Below, one piece after another: positions 12,281 through 21,705 of a stretch of DNA of 64,000 bases. A model generated the notes under the pieces. It saw only the letters and a program-made list of their open reading frames with translations. It had not been told where the DNA came from and did no database searches. Source of the stretch: Anaeromyxobacteraceae bacterium (GTDB lineage Bacteria > Myxococcota > Myxococcia > Myxococcales > Anaeromyxobacteraceae); contig JAULAX010000017.1 in NCBI GenBank assembly GCA_032654565.1, positions 32,001-96,000 on the forward strand, written 5' to 3'. A program made the translations under genes and the position numbers. The number at the start of each line of letters is the position of its first letter. Positions within the stretch are counted from its first letter, which is position 1.

Positions 12281-12867
12281 GACCCGCCTCCGGTCGCCCC
12301 GCGCGCGATGCGCAGCACCAGCGGGTTGACGCGCAGCCCGCTGCGGGAGATGGCGTCGAGGTTGGCATTGAAGCGCACCGTGCTCGCGCCGGGCTCGAGA
12401 CAGAACATGCCGCCGTCGCTGCAGAACTCGAGGCCCTCGCCGAGCAGCAGCACCGGCTGGCCGGCCAGCAGTTGAAGCAGGTCGCGGCCGGCTGCGGCGC
12501 CGATGCCCGACACATACACGGCCTGGCAGCCCTCGCGCGCCTGGGCGGCACTCGTGACCGGACGCACGGCGACGGCGCGCTGCGACGAGCCGATGTCCAC
12601 GGCCCGCAGCAACTCGTCGATGGATGGGCCGCGGCCCAGGGTGCACAAGCTGATGGCCGCGGAATCGCCGGGCCAGCGCGTGTAGCTGACGATGCCTGCG
12701 ACGACGCCTGCCACGGTCGCCCGCGGGGCGCTGGCCGGCTCGACGGCCTGTGCCCGGGCCGCCGCCAGCAGGCCGAGCAGGCCGCAGGCAGCCGCCAACC
12801 CGCGCATCGTGCGGCGGCAGCGACCGGCACGATGGCTCGGCCGGCAGGGCAGGAACTGCAGGGGCAT
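12277..12867 (-). CDS. yfiR: YfiR periplasmic regulator (start uncertain; alternative 12807)
   Basis: GIVSYTRWP, CSDGGMFCL, SGLRVNPLVL; synteny. Confidence 0.85.
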   Translation of the reverse strand: MPLQFLPCRPSHRAGRCRRTMRGLAAACGLLGLLAAARAQAVEPASAPRATVAGVVAGIVSYTRWPGDSAAISLCTLGRGPSIDELLRAVDIGSSQRAVAVRPVTSAAQAREGCQAVYVSGIGAAAGRDLLQLLAGQPVLLLGEGLEFCSDGGMFCLEPGASTVRFNANLDAISRSGLRVNPLVLRIARGATGGGS

Positions 12868-12906
12868 GAGCCAAGTATGGCGTCCGGCTCCCACCCGATC
12901 TGCGAC

Positions 12907-12929
12907 GTTCTGTGCAACCTGCACAGAAC
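12907..12929. promoter_or_regulatory. Perfect inverted repeat between qor and yfiR
   Basis: GTTCTGTGCA-ACC-TGCACAGAAC. Confidence 0.45.
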
Positions 12930-12961
12930 TGCCGTGGCAGATTGCGCGCCGGCGGCCTGCG

Positions 12962-13954
12962 TCAGGGCAGCAGCACGCTGCACCCGGTCGTCTTGCGCGC
13001 TTCCAGGTCGCGGTGCGCCTGCGCCGCGTCTTTCAGCGCGTAGCGCTGGTCGATGCGGATCTTCACCGCACCGCTGAGTACCACGGCGAACAGGTCGTCG
13101 GCCATGGCCTGCGTCGACTCGCGCGTGGCGATGTGGGTGAACAGCGTGGGCCGCGTCACGTGCAGTGAGCCCTTGGCCGCGAGCATGCCCATCTCGATGG
13201 GCGGCACCTTGCCCGAGGCATTGCCGAAGTTCGCCGCCAGGCCGAAGGGCTGCAGGCAGTCGAACGAGCGCACGAAGGTGTCCTTGCCCACCGAGTCGTA
13301 GACCACCTTCAGTCCCTGGCCGCCGGTGATCTGCTTGACGCGCTCGACGAAATCTTCCTTCTGGTAGTTGATGGCGTGGGACGCACCGTGCTCCAGCGCG
13401 AGCCGGCATTTCTCGTCGCTGCCGGCCGTGCCGATCAGCCGCAGGCCGAGTGCCTTGGCCCATTGGCAGGCAATCAGGCCGACGCCGCCGGCCGCGGCGT
13501 GGAAGAGCACGAAGTCGCCTGCCTGCAGCCCGGCCTGCGGCAGCGTCTTCTTCAGCAGGTACTGCACCGTCAGGCCCTTGAGCATCATCGCCGCGCCGGT
13601 CTCGAAGGAGATCGCGTCTGGCAGTTTGCAGACGCACTTGGCCGGCATCACGCGCGCCTCGCTGTAGGCGCCCGGCGGCTGGCTCGCGTAGGCGGCGCGG
13701 TCGCCGGCCTTCAGGTGCGTGACACCCTCGCCCACCGCCTCGACCACACCGGCGCCTTCCATGCCCAGCGCCAACGGCAGCGGGTTGGCGTACAGGCCGG
13801 TGCGCTGGTAGACGTCGATGAAGTTCAGGCCGCAGGCATGGTGGCGGATGCGGATCTCGCCGGGGCCGGGGTCCCCCACCGTGATCTCGTCGAGCTGCAT
13901 GGCTTCGGGGCCGCCGTAGGCAGCAACGCGGATGGCTTTCACGGTCTGGGGCAT
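12962..13954 (-). CDS. qor: NADPH:quinone oxidoreductase (zeta-crystallin family)
   Basis: GLNFIDVYQRTGLY, AAAGGVG, VVYDSVG, ARKTTG. Confidence 0.92.
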   Translation of the reverse strand: MPQTVKAIRVAAYGGPEAMQLDEITVGDPGPGEIRIRHHACGLNFIDVYQRTGLYANPLPLALGMEGAGVVEAVGEGVTHLKAGDRAAYASQPPGAYSEARVMPAKCVCKLPDAISFETGAAMMLKGLTVQYLLKKTLPQAGLQAGDFVLFHAAAGGVGLIACQWAKALGLRLIGTAGSDEKCRLALEHGASHAINYQKEDFVERVKQITGGQGLKVVYDSVGKDTFVRSFDCLQPFGLAANFGNASGKVPPIEMGMLAAKGSLHVTRPTLFTHIATRESTQAMADDLFAVVLSGAVKIRIDQRYALKDAAQAHRDLEARKTTGCSVLLP

Positions 13955-14019
13955 CGGGGAGTCCTGGTCGGCTGGAACGCTGCGAATCCGCTATCGTGCC
14001 AGCCTTTGCACGCCGCTGC

Positions 14020-14328
14020 ATGCGCCGCCTGATCACCGCGCCCAACCTTGCCCTGGCCACGCTGTGGGCCGACATGCTGACCCACGCCGGCATCGCGGCG
14101 ACCGTGCAGCGCGCCTACGCCGGCAGCATCGCCGGCGAACTGCCGCCCGACCAGGCGCTGCCCGAGGTGTGGGTGACGGACGATGCGCAACTCGACGCCG
14201 CGCGCGTGCTGCTCGTGCAGTTGCGCCACCCGCCGCATCGTCATTGGGTCTGCCCGTCCTGCGGCGAGCGCATCGACGGGCCCTTCGACCAGTGCTGGAA
14301 CTGCGGCACCGACATGCCCACCTCATGA
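14020..14328 (+). CDS. DUF2007-like putative signal-transducing protein with a C-terminal Zn ribbon
   Basis: IAGELPP...PEVW; WVCPSCGE...FDQCWNCG. Confidence 0.75.
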   Translation: MRRLITAPNLALATLWADMLTHAGIAATVQRAYAGSIAGELPPDQALPEVWVTDDAQLDAARVLLVQLRHPPHRHWVCPSCGERIDGPFDQCWNCGTDMPTS

Positions 14329-14346
14329 GCCCGTCGTGACCCCGCC

Positions 14347-15267
14347 ATGAACCACGCCCTGACGCCCCGCATCGCCTTCCTGCTGACCCTGCCGCCGCTG
14401 CTGTGGGCCGGCAACGCCGTGGTCGGCCGCGCGCTGGTGGGCAGCGTGCCGCCGCTGGCGCTCAACGCGATGCGCTGGTGGATCGCGCTCGTGCTGCTGC
14501 TGCCGCTGGGCTGGCGCGTGCTGCGTTATCCCGGCGACATGGCCGCGCGCTGGAAGCACTTCGCGCTGCTCGGCCTGCTCGGCGTGGGCAGCTACAACGC
14601 GCTGCAATACCTCGCGGTGCAGACCAGCACGCCGCTGAACGTGACGCTGATCGCCGCCAGCATGCCGGTGGGCATGATGCTCGTCGGGCTGGTCTTCTAT
14701 GGCGAGCGGCCGAGCGCGCGGCAGATCGCCGGCGCGCTGCTGTCGCTGCTCGGCGTGGCGATGGTGATCTCGCGCGGCAGCCTGGAGACGCTGCTGCACG
14801 TGAAGCTCGTGCCCGGCGACCTGCTGATGCTGCTGGCCGTGGCGCTGTGGGCCGGCTACAGCTGGATGCTGGCGCGGCCGCCTGCGTCGATGCGCGGCGA
14901 AGCCCGGCCGGCCTGGGGCTGGGCCGAGTTCCTGCTGGTGCAGGTGCTGTTCGGCAGCGTCTGGGCGACGCTGGCCGCGGGGGTCGAGATGCAGTTCGCG
15001 CCGGTGGCGATCCACTGGACACCGTGGGTGGTCGCCGCGCTGGCCTACGTGGCCATCGGCCCGTCGCTGATCGCCTACCGCGCCTGGGGGCTGGGCGTGT
15101 CCACCGTCGGGCCGGCCATCGCGGCCTTCTTCAGCAACCTCACGCCGGTGTTCGCCGGCGTGCTGTCGGCCGCGCTGCTCGGCGAGGCACCGAGCTGGTA
15201 CCACGCCGCCTCGTTCGTGCTGATCGCCGCGGGCATCGTCGTGTCGTCGATGCCGCGCAAGGCCTGA
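14347..15267 (+). CDS. DMT/EamA family transporter
   Basis: About 10 TM helices; LWAGNAVVGR, NLTPVF. Confidence 0.88.
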   Translation: MNHALTPRIAFLLTLPPLLWAGNAVVGRALVGSVPPLALNAMRWWIALVLLLPLGWRVLRYPGDMAARWKHFALLGLLGVGSYNALQYLAVQTSTPLNVTLIAASMPVGMMLVGLVFYGERPSARQIAGALLSLLGVAMVISRGSLETLLHVKLVPGDLLMLLAVALWAGYSWMLARPPASMRGEARPAWGWAEFLLVQVLFGSVWATLAAGVEMQFAPVAIHWTPWVVAALAYVAIGPSLIAYRAWGLGVSTVGPAIAAFFSNLTPVFAGVLSAALLGEAPSWYHAASFVLIAAGIVVSSMPRKA

Positions 15268-16056
15268 TCAGAACGTGCCGGGGTAGGCCCCGCCGTCGAG
15301 CAGGATGTTCTGGCCGGTGAGGTAGCTCGCCTGCGCACTGCAGATGAAGGCGCAGAACGCACCGAACTCCGCCGAGGTGCCGAAGCGCCCGGCCGGCACG
15401 GTGGCGCGACGCTTCTCGAGCACCGCGTCGATGCTCTGGCCGCTCTTCGCCGCCAGGCCCTGCATCGTCGTGCGGATGCGGTCGGTGTCGAACACGCCGG
15501 GCAGCAGGTTGTTCACCGTCACGTTGGCCGAGGCCAGTCGCGGCTGGCGTGCCAGACCGGCGACAAAGCCGGTGAGCCCGCTGCGTGCGCCGTTGGACAG
15601 ACCGAGCACGTCGATCGGCGCCTTCACCGCGCCCGAGGTGATGTTGACCACGCGGCCGAAGCCGCGCGCCGCCATGCCGTCCACCGTGGCCTTGATCAGC
15701 TCGATGGGCGTGAGCATGTTGGCGTCCACCGCCTTGATCCAGGCCTCGCGGTCCCAGTCGCGGAAGTCGCCCGGCGGCGGCCCGCCGGCGTTGTTGACGA
15801 GGATGTCGACCTGCGGGCAGGCCGCGAGTGCCGCGGCGCGTGCGGCCGGCGTGGTGATGTCACCGGCGACCGCGATCACCTGCACCTTCGGGTACGCGGC
15901 GCGCAGTTCGGCGGCGGTGGCGTTCAACGCCTCCTCGCCGCGCGCGGTGATCACCACGTTCACGCCCTCGGCCGCCAGCGCCTGCGCGCAGCCCTTGCCG
16001 AGGCCCTTGCTGGCGGCGCACACCAGCGCCCAGCGTCCTGCGATGCCCAGATCCAT
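15268..16056 (-). CDS. SDR family oxidoreductase
   Basis: CAASKGLG, NNAGGPPPG, YLTGQNILLDGG. Confidence 0.88.
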   Translation of the reverse strand: MDLGIAGRWALVCAASKGLGKGCAQALAAEGVNVVITARGEEALNATAAELRAAYPKVQVIAVAGDITTPAARAAALAACPQVDILVNNAGGPPPGDFRDWDREAWIKAVDANMLTPIELIKATVDGMAARGFGRVVNITSGAVKAPIDVLGLSNGARSGLTGFVAGLARQPRLASANVTVNNLLPGVFDTDRIRTTMQGLAAKSGQSIDAVLEKRRATVPAGRFGTSAEFGAFCAFICSAQASYLTGQNILLDGGAYPGTF

Positions 16057-16088
16057 GTCTTGTCTCCTTCGAAGAATTCAGCGAGAAC

Positions 16089-17003
16089 TCAGCGCCAGCG
16101 CGCCAGCAGCCACACCCCGCCCAGCACCAGCAGCGTGCCGGCCGCCACCCAGACCGTGAACGGCTCGCCGAGCAGCAGCACACCCATCAGGATGGTCGAC
16201 ATCGGGCCGAGCATGCCGGTCTGCGCGGTGAGCGTGGAGCCGACGCGCTCGATGGCCATCATCACCATCAGCACCGGCGCGAAGGTGCACAGCGTGGCAT
16301 TGAGCACCGACAGCCAGATCACCGCCGGCGCCACCTCGGTGGCCGCCGAGATCGGCCGCAGGATCAGGAACTGCGCGATGCAGAACACGCAGGCCACGCT
16401 GGTCGCCAGGCCGGTCAGGCGCAGCGAGCCCAGGCGCTTGACCACCTCGCCGCTGTAGACGAGGTAGACCGCGTAGCTCAGCGCGCTGCCGAACACCAGC
16501 GCGGCGCCGAGCACCACGTCGGGCCCGGCGATCTGCAGCTCGTGGCCGAACACCAGCAGCACGCCGGCGTAGCTGACCGCCAGCGCGATCAGCTGCCGGC
16601 CGGTGGCGCGCCGACCGAACAGCAACCAGCCCAGCAGCAGCACCATGGTCGGGTTGAGGTAGAGCACCAGCCGCTCGAAGCTGGCTGACACGTAGGCCAG
16701 GCCGGCGAAGTCGAGGAAGCTCGCGAGGTAGTAGCCGCTGAAACCCAGGCCGAGCACGGCCAGCTGGTCGCGACGCTCCAGCGGCGGCTTGCCGCGGCCC
16801 GCCCACCACGCGAGCAGCACGAACAGCGGCATCGCGAACAGCATGCGGAACATGATCAGCGTGACCGCATCGACGCCGTGCCGATAGGCCAGCTTGACGA
16901 TGATGGCCTTGCCGGAGAAGGCGATCGCGCCCAGCGAGGCGAGCGCCAGGCCCGGCAGCACGGACGCGGGCGGAGTGTCGGCTGCGAGCGAGGGGGAGCT
17001 CAT
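16089..17003 (-). CDS. DMT/EamA family transporter
   Basis: Multi-TM; FSGKAIIVKLAY, YYLASFLDFAGL. Confidence 0.85.
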   Translation of the reverse strand: MSSPSLAADTPPASVLPGLALASLGAIAFSGKAIIVKLAYRHGVDAVTLIMFRMLFAMPLFVLLAWWAGRGKPPLERRDQLAVLGLGFSGYYLASFLDFAGLAYVSASFERLVLYLNPTMVLLLGWLLFGRRATGRQLIALAVSYAGVLLVFGHELQIAGPDVVLGAALVFGSALSYAVYLVYSGEVVKRLGSLRLTGLATSVACVFCIAQFLILRPISAATEVAPAVIWLSVLNATLCTFAPVLMVMMAIERVGSTLTAQTGMLGPMSTILMGVLLLGEPFTVWVAAGTLLVLGGVWLLARWR

Positions 17004-17050
17004 GTCCCGAACGATTCTACGGGGCGCCCTCGCGGCGCGTTGCCGCAGGG

Positions 17051-17446
17051 TCAGCGGGGAATGACCGCGGTGACCTCGATCTCCACCTTGGCGCGGTCTT
17101 CCATCAGCGCGCTGACCTGCACCGCACTCATCGCCGCGTGATACACGCCGATCAGCTCGCGGAACACCGCGCCCACTTCGCGGCCGCGCGACAGGTACTC
17201 GCGCTTGTCGGTCACATACCAGGTCATGCGAACGATGTGCTCGGGCCTGGCGCCGGCCTCGGCGAGCACCGCCACGATGTTGGCCAGCGCCTGCCGCGTC
17301 TGCGCGACGAAGTCGTCGCTCTCGAAGCGGCACTGGCCGTTCCAGCCGATCTGGCCGGCGACGAACACCTGACGGCCTTCGGCGGCCACGCCGTTCGAAT
17401 AGCCCTTCGGCTTGTCCCAGGCGGCAGGTTGGAGAACTTGCATCAT
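17051..17446 (-). CDS. RidA/YjgF family protein (abm cluster)
   Basis: PKGYSNG, FVAGQIGW, AKVEIE; ATGA overlap with the ligase. Confidence 0.88.
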   Translation of the reverse strand: MMQVLQPAAWDKPKGYSNGVAAEGRQVFVAGQIGWNGQCRFESDDFVAQTRQALANIVAVLAEAGARPEHIVRMTWYVTDKREYLSRGREVGAVFRELIGVYHAAMSAVQVSALMEDRAKVEIEVTAVIPR

Positions 17447-19062
17447 GTTCCTTGGCGAAGGCGGAAGCGCTGCAGCTTGCCGGTCTCGGTGCGCGGCAGC
17501 GCGGTGCGGAACTCGATGGCCCGCGGATACTTGTAGGGCGCGACGCTCTGCTTGACGAAGTCCTGCAGCTCGCGCACCAGCGTGTCGGACGGTTCGATGC
17601 CCGGGCGCAGCACGACGAAGGCCTTGACGATCTGGCCGCGCTCCGCGTCGGCCACGCCGATCACGCCGCATTCGGCCACCTTGGGGTGCAGCAGCAGCGT
17701 GCTCTCCACCTCGGGGCCGGCGATGTTGTAGCCGCCGCTGATGATCATGTCGTCGGTGCGCGCCTGGTAGACGAAGCAGCCGTCGGCGTCGACGAGGTAG
17801 GCGTCGCCGGTGAGGTTCCAGCCGTTCTGGACATACTGGCGCTGGCGGTCGTCGCCGCCGAAGGTCAGGTAGCGGCAGCCGGTCGGGCCCTTCACCGCCA
17901 GCCGCCCGACCTGGCCGCGCGGCAGCGGTTGGCCATCGTCGTCGAGCACGCAGGCCACGTAGCCCGGCACCACGGTGCCGGTGGCGCCCGGCTTCGCATG
18001 CGCCTCGTCGTGCGAGATGAAGATGTGCAGCAGCTCGGTGGAGCCGATGCCGTCGATCATCTCGATGCCGCTGGCGTCCTTCCAGAGCTGGCGCGTCGCC
18101 GCGGGCAGCGACTCGCCGGCGCTGACGCAGTGCTTCAGCGACGAGAGGTCGTGGCCGGCGAGCTGCGGCGCCATCGCGCGGTACGAGGTCGGCGCGGTGA
18201 AGCACACCGTCGCGCGGTACGACGCGATCGCCGCGGGCAGCGCGGTCGGCGAGGCGTTCTCCAGCAACACGGTCGATGCGCCCACCGACAGCGGGAACAG
18301 CAGCAGCCCGCCCAGGCCGAAGGTGAAGGCCAGCGGCGGGCTGCCGATGAACACGTCGTCGCGCGTGGGCCGCAGCACGTGCTTCGGCCAGCAGGCGCAG
18401 GCGGCCATCACGTCGCGGTGGAAGTGCATCGTGCCCTTGGGCTGGCCGGTGGTGCCCGAAGTGAAGGCGAGGATGCAGGTGTCGTCCTGCGCGGTCTTCA
18501 CGTTGTCGAAGCTCGATGGCTTGGCGGCAGCGCGAGCGTCGAGCTGGCCGGCGTCGGGCGAGTTGAAGTGCAGCACCTGCGTCAACGTCGGGCAGCCCGG
18601 TCGCGCCAGCGCGAGTTCCTCGGCCAGCCGTGCGTCGCACAGCGCGTGGCTGACCTGCGCCTTGACGACGATCTGCGTCAGCTCCTTGGCGCGCAGCAGC
18701 GGCATGCTGCCCACCGCGATGCCGCCTGCCTTGACGACGGCGAACCAGCAGGCAGCAAGCTTGGGCGAGTTGGCGCCGCGCAGCAGCACGCGGTTGCCGG
18801 GCACCAGACCCAGGTCCTCGACCAGCACGCGGGCGATGCGGTTCGCCTCGGCCTGCAACTCGGCATAGGTCCAGCGCACGCCATGGCCCTGGATGCACAG
18901 GCGATCACCCTGCCCGCTCGCGACCCAGCGATCGAGCAGCTCGCTCGCGCAGTTGAGCTGCGCGGGGAACTGCAGGTCCGGCGAGTCGAACAGGAACTCC
19001 GGCCACTGATCGCGCGGCGGCAGGTGGTCGGCGGCGAAGGTGTCCACATGCGCGGTCGTCAT
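17443..19062 (-). CDS. abmG: 2-aminobenzoate-CoA ligase (benzoate-CoA ligase family)
   Basis: AMP-binding FTSGTTGQPKG, DGIGSTE, PYKYPR, TETGK; context. Confidence 0.85.
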   Translation of the reverse strand: MTTAHVDTFAADHLPPRDQWPEFLFDSPDLQFPAQLNCASELLDRWVASGQGDRLCIQGHGVRWTYAELQAEANRIARVLVEDLGLVPGNRVLLRGANSPKLAACWFAVVKAGGIAVGSMPLLRAKELTQIVVKAQVSHALCDARLAEELALARPGCPTLTQVLHFNSPDAGQLDARAAAKPSSFDNVKTAQDDTCILAFTSGTTGQPKGTMHFHRDVMAACACWPKHVLRPTRDDVFIGSPPLAFTFGLGGLLLFPLSVGASTVLLENASPTALPAAIASYRATVCFTAPTSYRAMAPQLAGHDLSSLKHCVSAGESLPAATRQLWKDASGIEMIDGIGSTELLHIFISHDEAHAKPGATGTVVPGYVACVLDDDGQPLPRGQVGRLAVKGPTGCRYLTFGGDDRQRQYVQNGWNLTGDAYLVDADGCFVYQARTDDMIISGGYNIAGPEVESTLLLHPKVAECGVIGVADAERGQIVKAFVVLRPGIEPSDTLVRELQDFVKQSVAPYKYPRAIEFRTALPRTETGKLQRFRLRQGT

Positions 19063-19063
19063 G

Positions 19064-20224
19064 TCACCCCTCCTTGAGCAGGTCCTTGCCGATGATCAGC
19101 TGCTGCACCTCGGTCGCGCCTTCGTAGATGCGCAGCGAGCGGATCTCGCGGTACAGCGACTCGACCACGTTGCCGCTGACCACGCCGGCCCCGCCCCACA
19201 GCTGCACGGCGGCGTCGATGACCTGCTGCGCGCCTTCGGTGGCGGCCATCTTGGCCATCGCCGCTTCGCGGGTCACGTGGCGGCCCTGGTCGCGCTGCCA
19301 GGCGGCGCGGTAGGTGAGCAGCGCGGCGCTGTCGATGGTGGTGGCCATCTGCGCCAGCCTGGCCTGCGTGAGCTGGAAGTCCCCCAGCCGCTGGCCGAAC
19401 ATGGTCCGCGCCCTGGCCCGCTCCAGGCCCTCGTGCAGCGCACGCCGGCCGAAGCCCAGCGCGGCGGCCGCCACCGAGGTGCGGAACACGTCGAGCGTGC
19501 GCATGGCGATCTTGAAGCCCTCGCCGGGCGCGCCGATGCGGCTGGACTTGGGCACGCGGCAGGCGTCGAAGCGCAACCGTGCCAGCGGATGCGGTGCGAT
19601 CACGTCGATGCGCTGGGCGATCTCGAAGCCCGGCGTGCCGGCATCGACGATGAAGGCGGAGATGCCGCGCGAGCCCGGCGCTTCGCCGGTGCGCGCGAAC
19701 AGCACGTAGAAGTCGGCGATGCCGCCGTTGCTGATCCAGGTCTTCTCGCCGTCGATCACGTAGGCGTCGCCGTCGTCGTGGGCGTTGCACAGCATCGCCG
19801 CGACGTCGGAGCCGGCGCCGGGTTCGGACAGCGCGAAGGCCGCCAGCGCCTGGCCCGCCGCCACGCGCGGCAGGTAGCGTGCGCGCTGCTCGGGCGTGCC
19901 GGCCAGCGAGATCGCGCCCGAGCCCAGTCCCTGCATCGCGAAGGCGAAGTCCGCCAGGCCGTGGTGCCAGGCCAGCGTCTCGCGCAGCAGGCAGATCGTG
20001 CGCGTGTCGATCACCTCGCTCGCGCCGCCGTGCGCCGTGCCGGCCACCGCGTGGCGCAGCCAGCCGGCGGCACCGAGTTCGCGCACCAGGGCACGGCATA
20101 CCGCGTCGATGTCGGCGCCGTGGTCGCCGGCGTGCAGGTGGCGCGTGGCCCAGGCGCCGAGTTCCAGCGCCAGGCTGCGATGACGCGCCTCGAAGAAGGG
20201 CCAGTCGAGATGCTGCGTGTTCAT
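19064..20224 (-). CDS. Acyl-CoA dehydrogenase
   Basis: [29 protein letters not shown]. Confidence 0.92.
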   Translation of the reverse strand: MNTQHLDWPFFEARHRSLALELGAWATRHLHAGDHGADIDAVCRALVRELGAAGWLRHAVAGTAHGGASEVIDTRTICLLRETLAWHHGLADFAFAMQGLGSGAISLAGTPEQRARYLPRVAAGQALAAFALSEPGAGSDVAAMLCNAHDDGDAYVIDGEKTWISNGGIADFYVLFARTGEAPGSRGISAFIVDAGTPGFEIAQRIDVIAPHPLARLRFDACRVPKSSRIGAPGEGFKIAMRTLDVFRTSVAAAALGFGRRALHEGLERARARTMFGQRLGDFQLTQARLAQMATTIDSAALLTYRAAWQRDQGRHVTREAAMAKMAATEGAQQVIDAAVQLWGGAGVVSGNVVESLYREIRSLRIYEGATEVQQLIIGKDLLKEG

Positions 20225-20228
20225 CGCG

Positions 20229-21080
20229 TCAGTCCCCCTCGAACACCGGCTTCTGCTTCGCCACGAAGGCGTGGTACGCGCGGTGGAAGTCCTGCGTCAT
20301 CATGCAGATCGCCTGCGCCTGCGCCTCGGCTTCGATCGCCTCGTCCACGCCCATGGACCATTCCTGGTGCAGCATGCGCTTGGTCATCGCGTGGCCGAAG
20401 CTGGGGCCCGATGCGAGTTCGGCGGCCCAGTCGATCGCCGCCGCACTCACGGCCTCCGGCTCGACGACGCGGTTGTAGAAGCCCCAGGCCAGCGCCTCGT
20501 CGCCCGGCAGTGCGCGGCCGGTGTAGAGCAGCTCCGAGGCCCGCCCCTGGCCGATGAGCCGCGGCAGGATGCTGCAGGCGCCCATGTCGCAGCCGGCCAG
20601 GCCGACGCGCGTGAACAGGAACGCCACCTTGCTGCGCGAAGTACCCACACGCAGGTCGGAGGCCATCGCGACGATCGCGCCGGCGCCGGCACACACGCCG
20701 TCGATTGCCGCCACGACGGGCTGCGGGCAGGCGCGCATGGCCTTCACCAGGTCGCCGGTCATGCGCGTGAAGGCCAGGAGGTCCGGCATGCTCATCTTGG
20801 TGAGCGGGCCGATGATCTCGTGCACGTCGCCGCCGGAGCAGAAGTTGCCGCCGGCGCCCTGCACCACCACCGCGTGCACCTCGTCGGCATAGGCCAGGGT
20901 GCGGAACAGCTCGCGCAGCTCGGCGTAGGAGTCGAAGGTCAGCGGGTTCTTGCGCTCGGGCCGGTTCAGCGTGATCACGCCGACCTGGCGTTCCACCGCC
21001 CAGCCGAAATGCTGCGGCTTCAGGCCGGCCACGCTGCGGCGGTTGCCGGCGGCGAGGTGCGAATCGATCGGTCGGGTCAT
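20229..21080 (-). CDS. Enoyl-CoA hydratase family protein
   Basis: [27 protein letters not shown]. Confidence 0.9.
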   Translation of the reverse strand: MTRPIDSHLAAGNRRSVAGLKPQHFGWAVERQVGVITLNRPERKNPLTFDSYAELRELFRTLAYADEVHAVVVQGAGGNFCSGGDVHEIIGPLTKMSMPDLLAFTRMTGDLVKAMRACPQPVVAAIDGVCAGAGAIVAMASDLRVGTSRSKVAFLFTRVGLAGCDMGACSILPRLIGQGRASELLYTGRALPGDEALAWGFYNRVVEPEAVSAAAIDWAAELASGPSFGHAMTKRMLHQEWSMGVDEAIEAEAQAQAICMMTQDFHRAYHAFVAKQKPVFEGD

Positions 21081-21586
21081 GCGACCTCCTTGCGTTTGCC
21101 CTTGGGGGCCGGTGAAGCGTCAATGCCGGCGAGGTGCTGCTTGAGCGTGGCCAGCAGCGTGTGCACCTGCGTCTTCTGCGCCGGCGACCAGCCGTCGAAC
21201 AGCTCGACGATCCAGCCCTCGTGCACCGCCGCCATGCGACGGAACTGGCGGCGTCCCGCGGCAGTGAGCCGCACCTGCCAGGCCCGCCGGTCGCTCGGGT
21301 GCGCGGCGCGCTGCACCAGATCCTCGGACTCCAGCTGGTCGACGATGCCGGTGACATTGCCGCCCGTCACCATCAAACGTGCCGACAGTTCGCCCATGCT
21401 CAGGCCCTCGGGCTCGCGGTCGAGCTGGGCCATCAGGTCGAAGCGCGGCAGCGTGGTGCCGAACTCGCTGCGCAGGCGCTGGCGAATGACGTTCTCGACG
21501 CGGGTGGTACAGGCGAGCAGACGCAGCCAGATCTTCAGCGCCTGATGGTGGTCGTCGAGCACCCTTGACTCGACGTCCGCCTGCAT
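21077..21586 (-). CDS. MarR family transcriptional regulator (alternative start 21703)
   Basis: [27 protein letters not shown]. Confidence 0.88.
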   Translation of the reverse strand: MQADVESRVLDDHHQALKIWLRLLACTTRVENVIRQRLRSEFGTTLPRFDLMAQLDREPEGLSMGELSARLMVTGGNVTGIVDQLESEDLVQRAAHPSDRRAWQVRLTAAGRRQFRRMAAVHEGWIVELFDGWSPAQKTQVHTLLATLKQHLAGIDASPAPKGKRKEVA

Positions 21587-21616
21587 GACGGCCCCTCGGC
21601 CGCGGAGTACCGCGTC

Positions 21617-21669
21617 CGATCCCCCGCGGGGATCGAGCCCGGCTTGGGGCCGCCCGGCGCTCGGGCTCG
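21617..21669. repeat. Short palindromic REP-like element
   Basis: CGATCCCC-CGC-GGGGATCG hairpin followed by a CGAGCCC...GGGCTCG stem. Confidence 0.5.
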
Positions 21670-21705
21670 CGACTTCGACTCGCCGACTGGTGGCACGACT
21701 CATGG

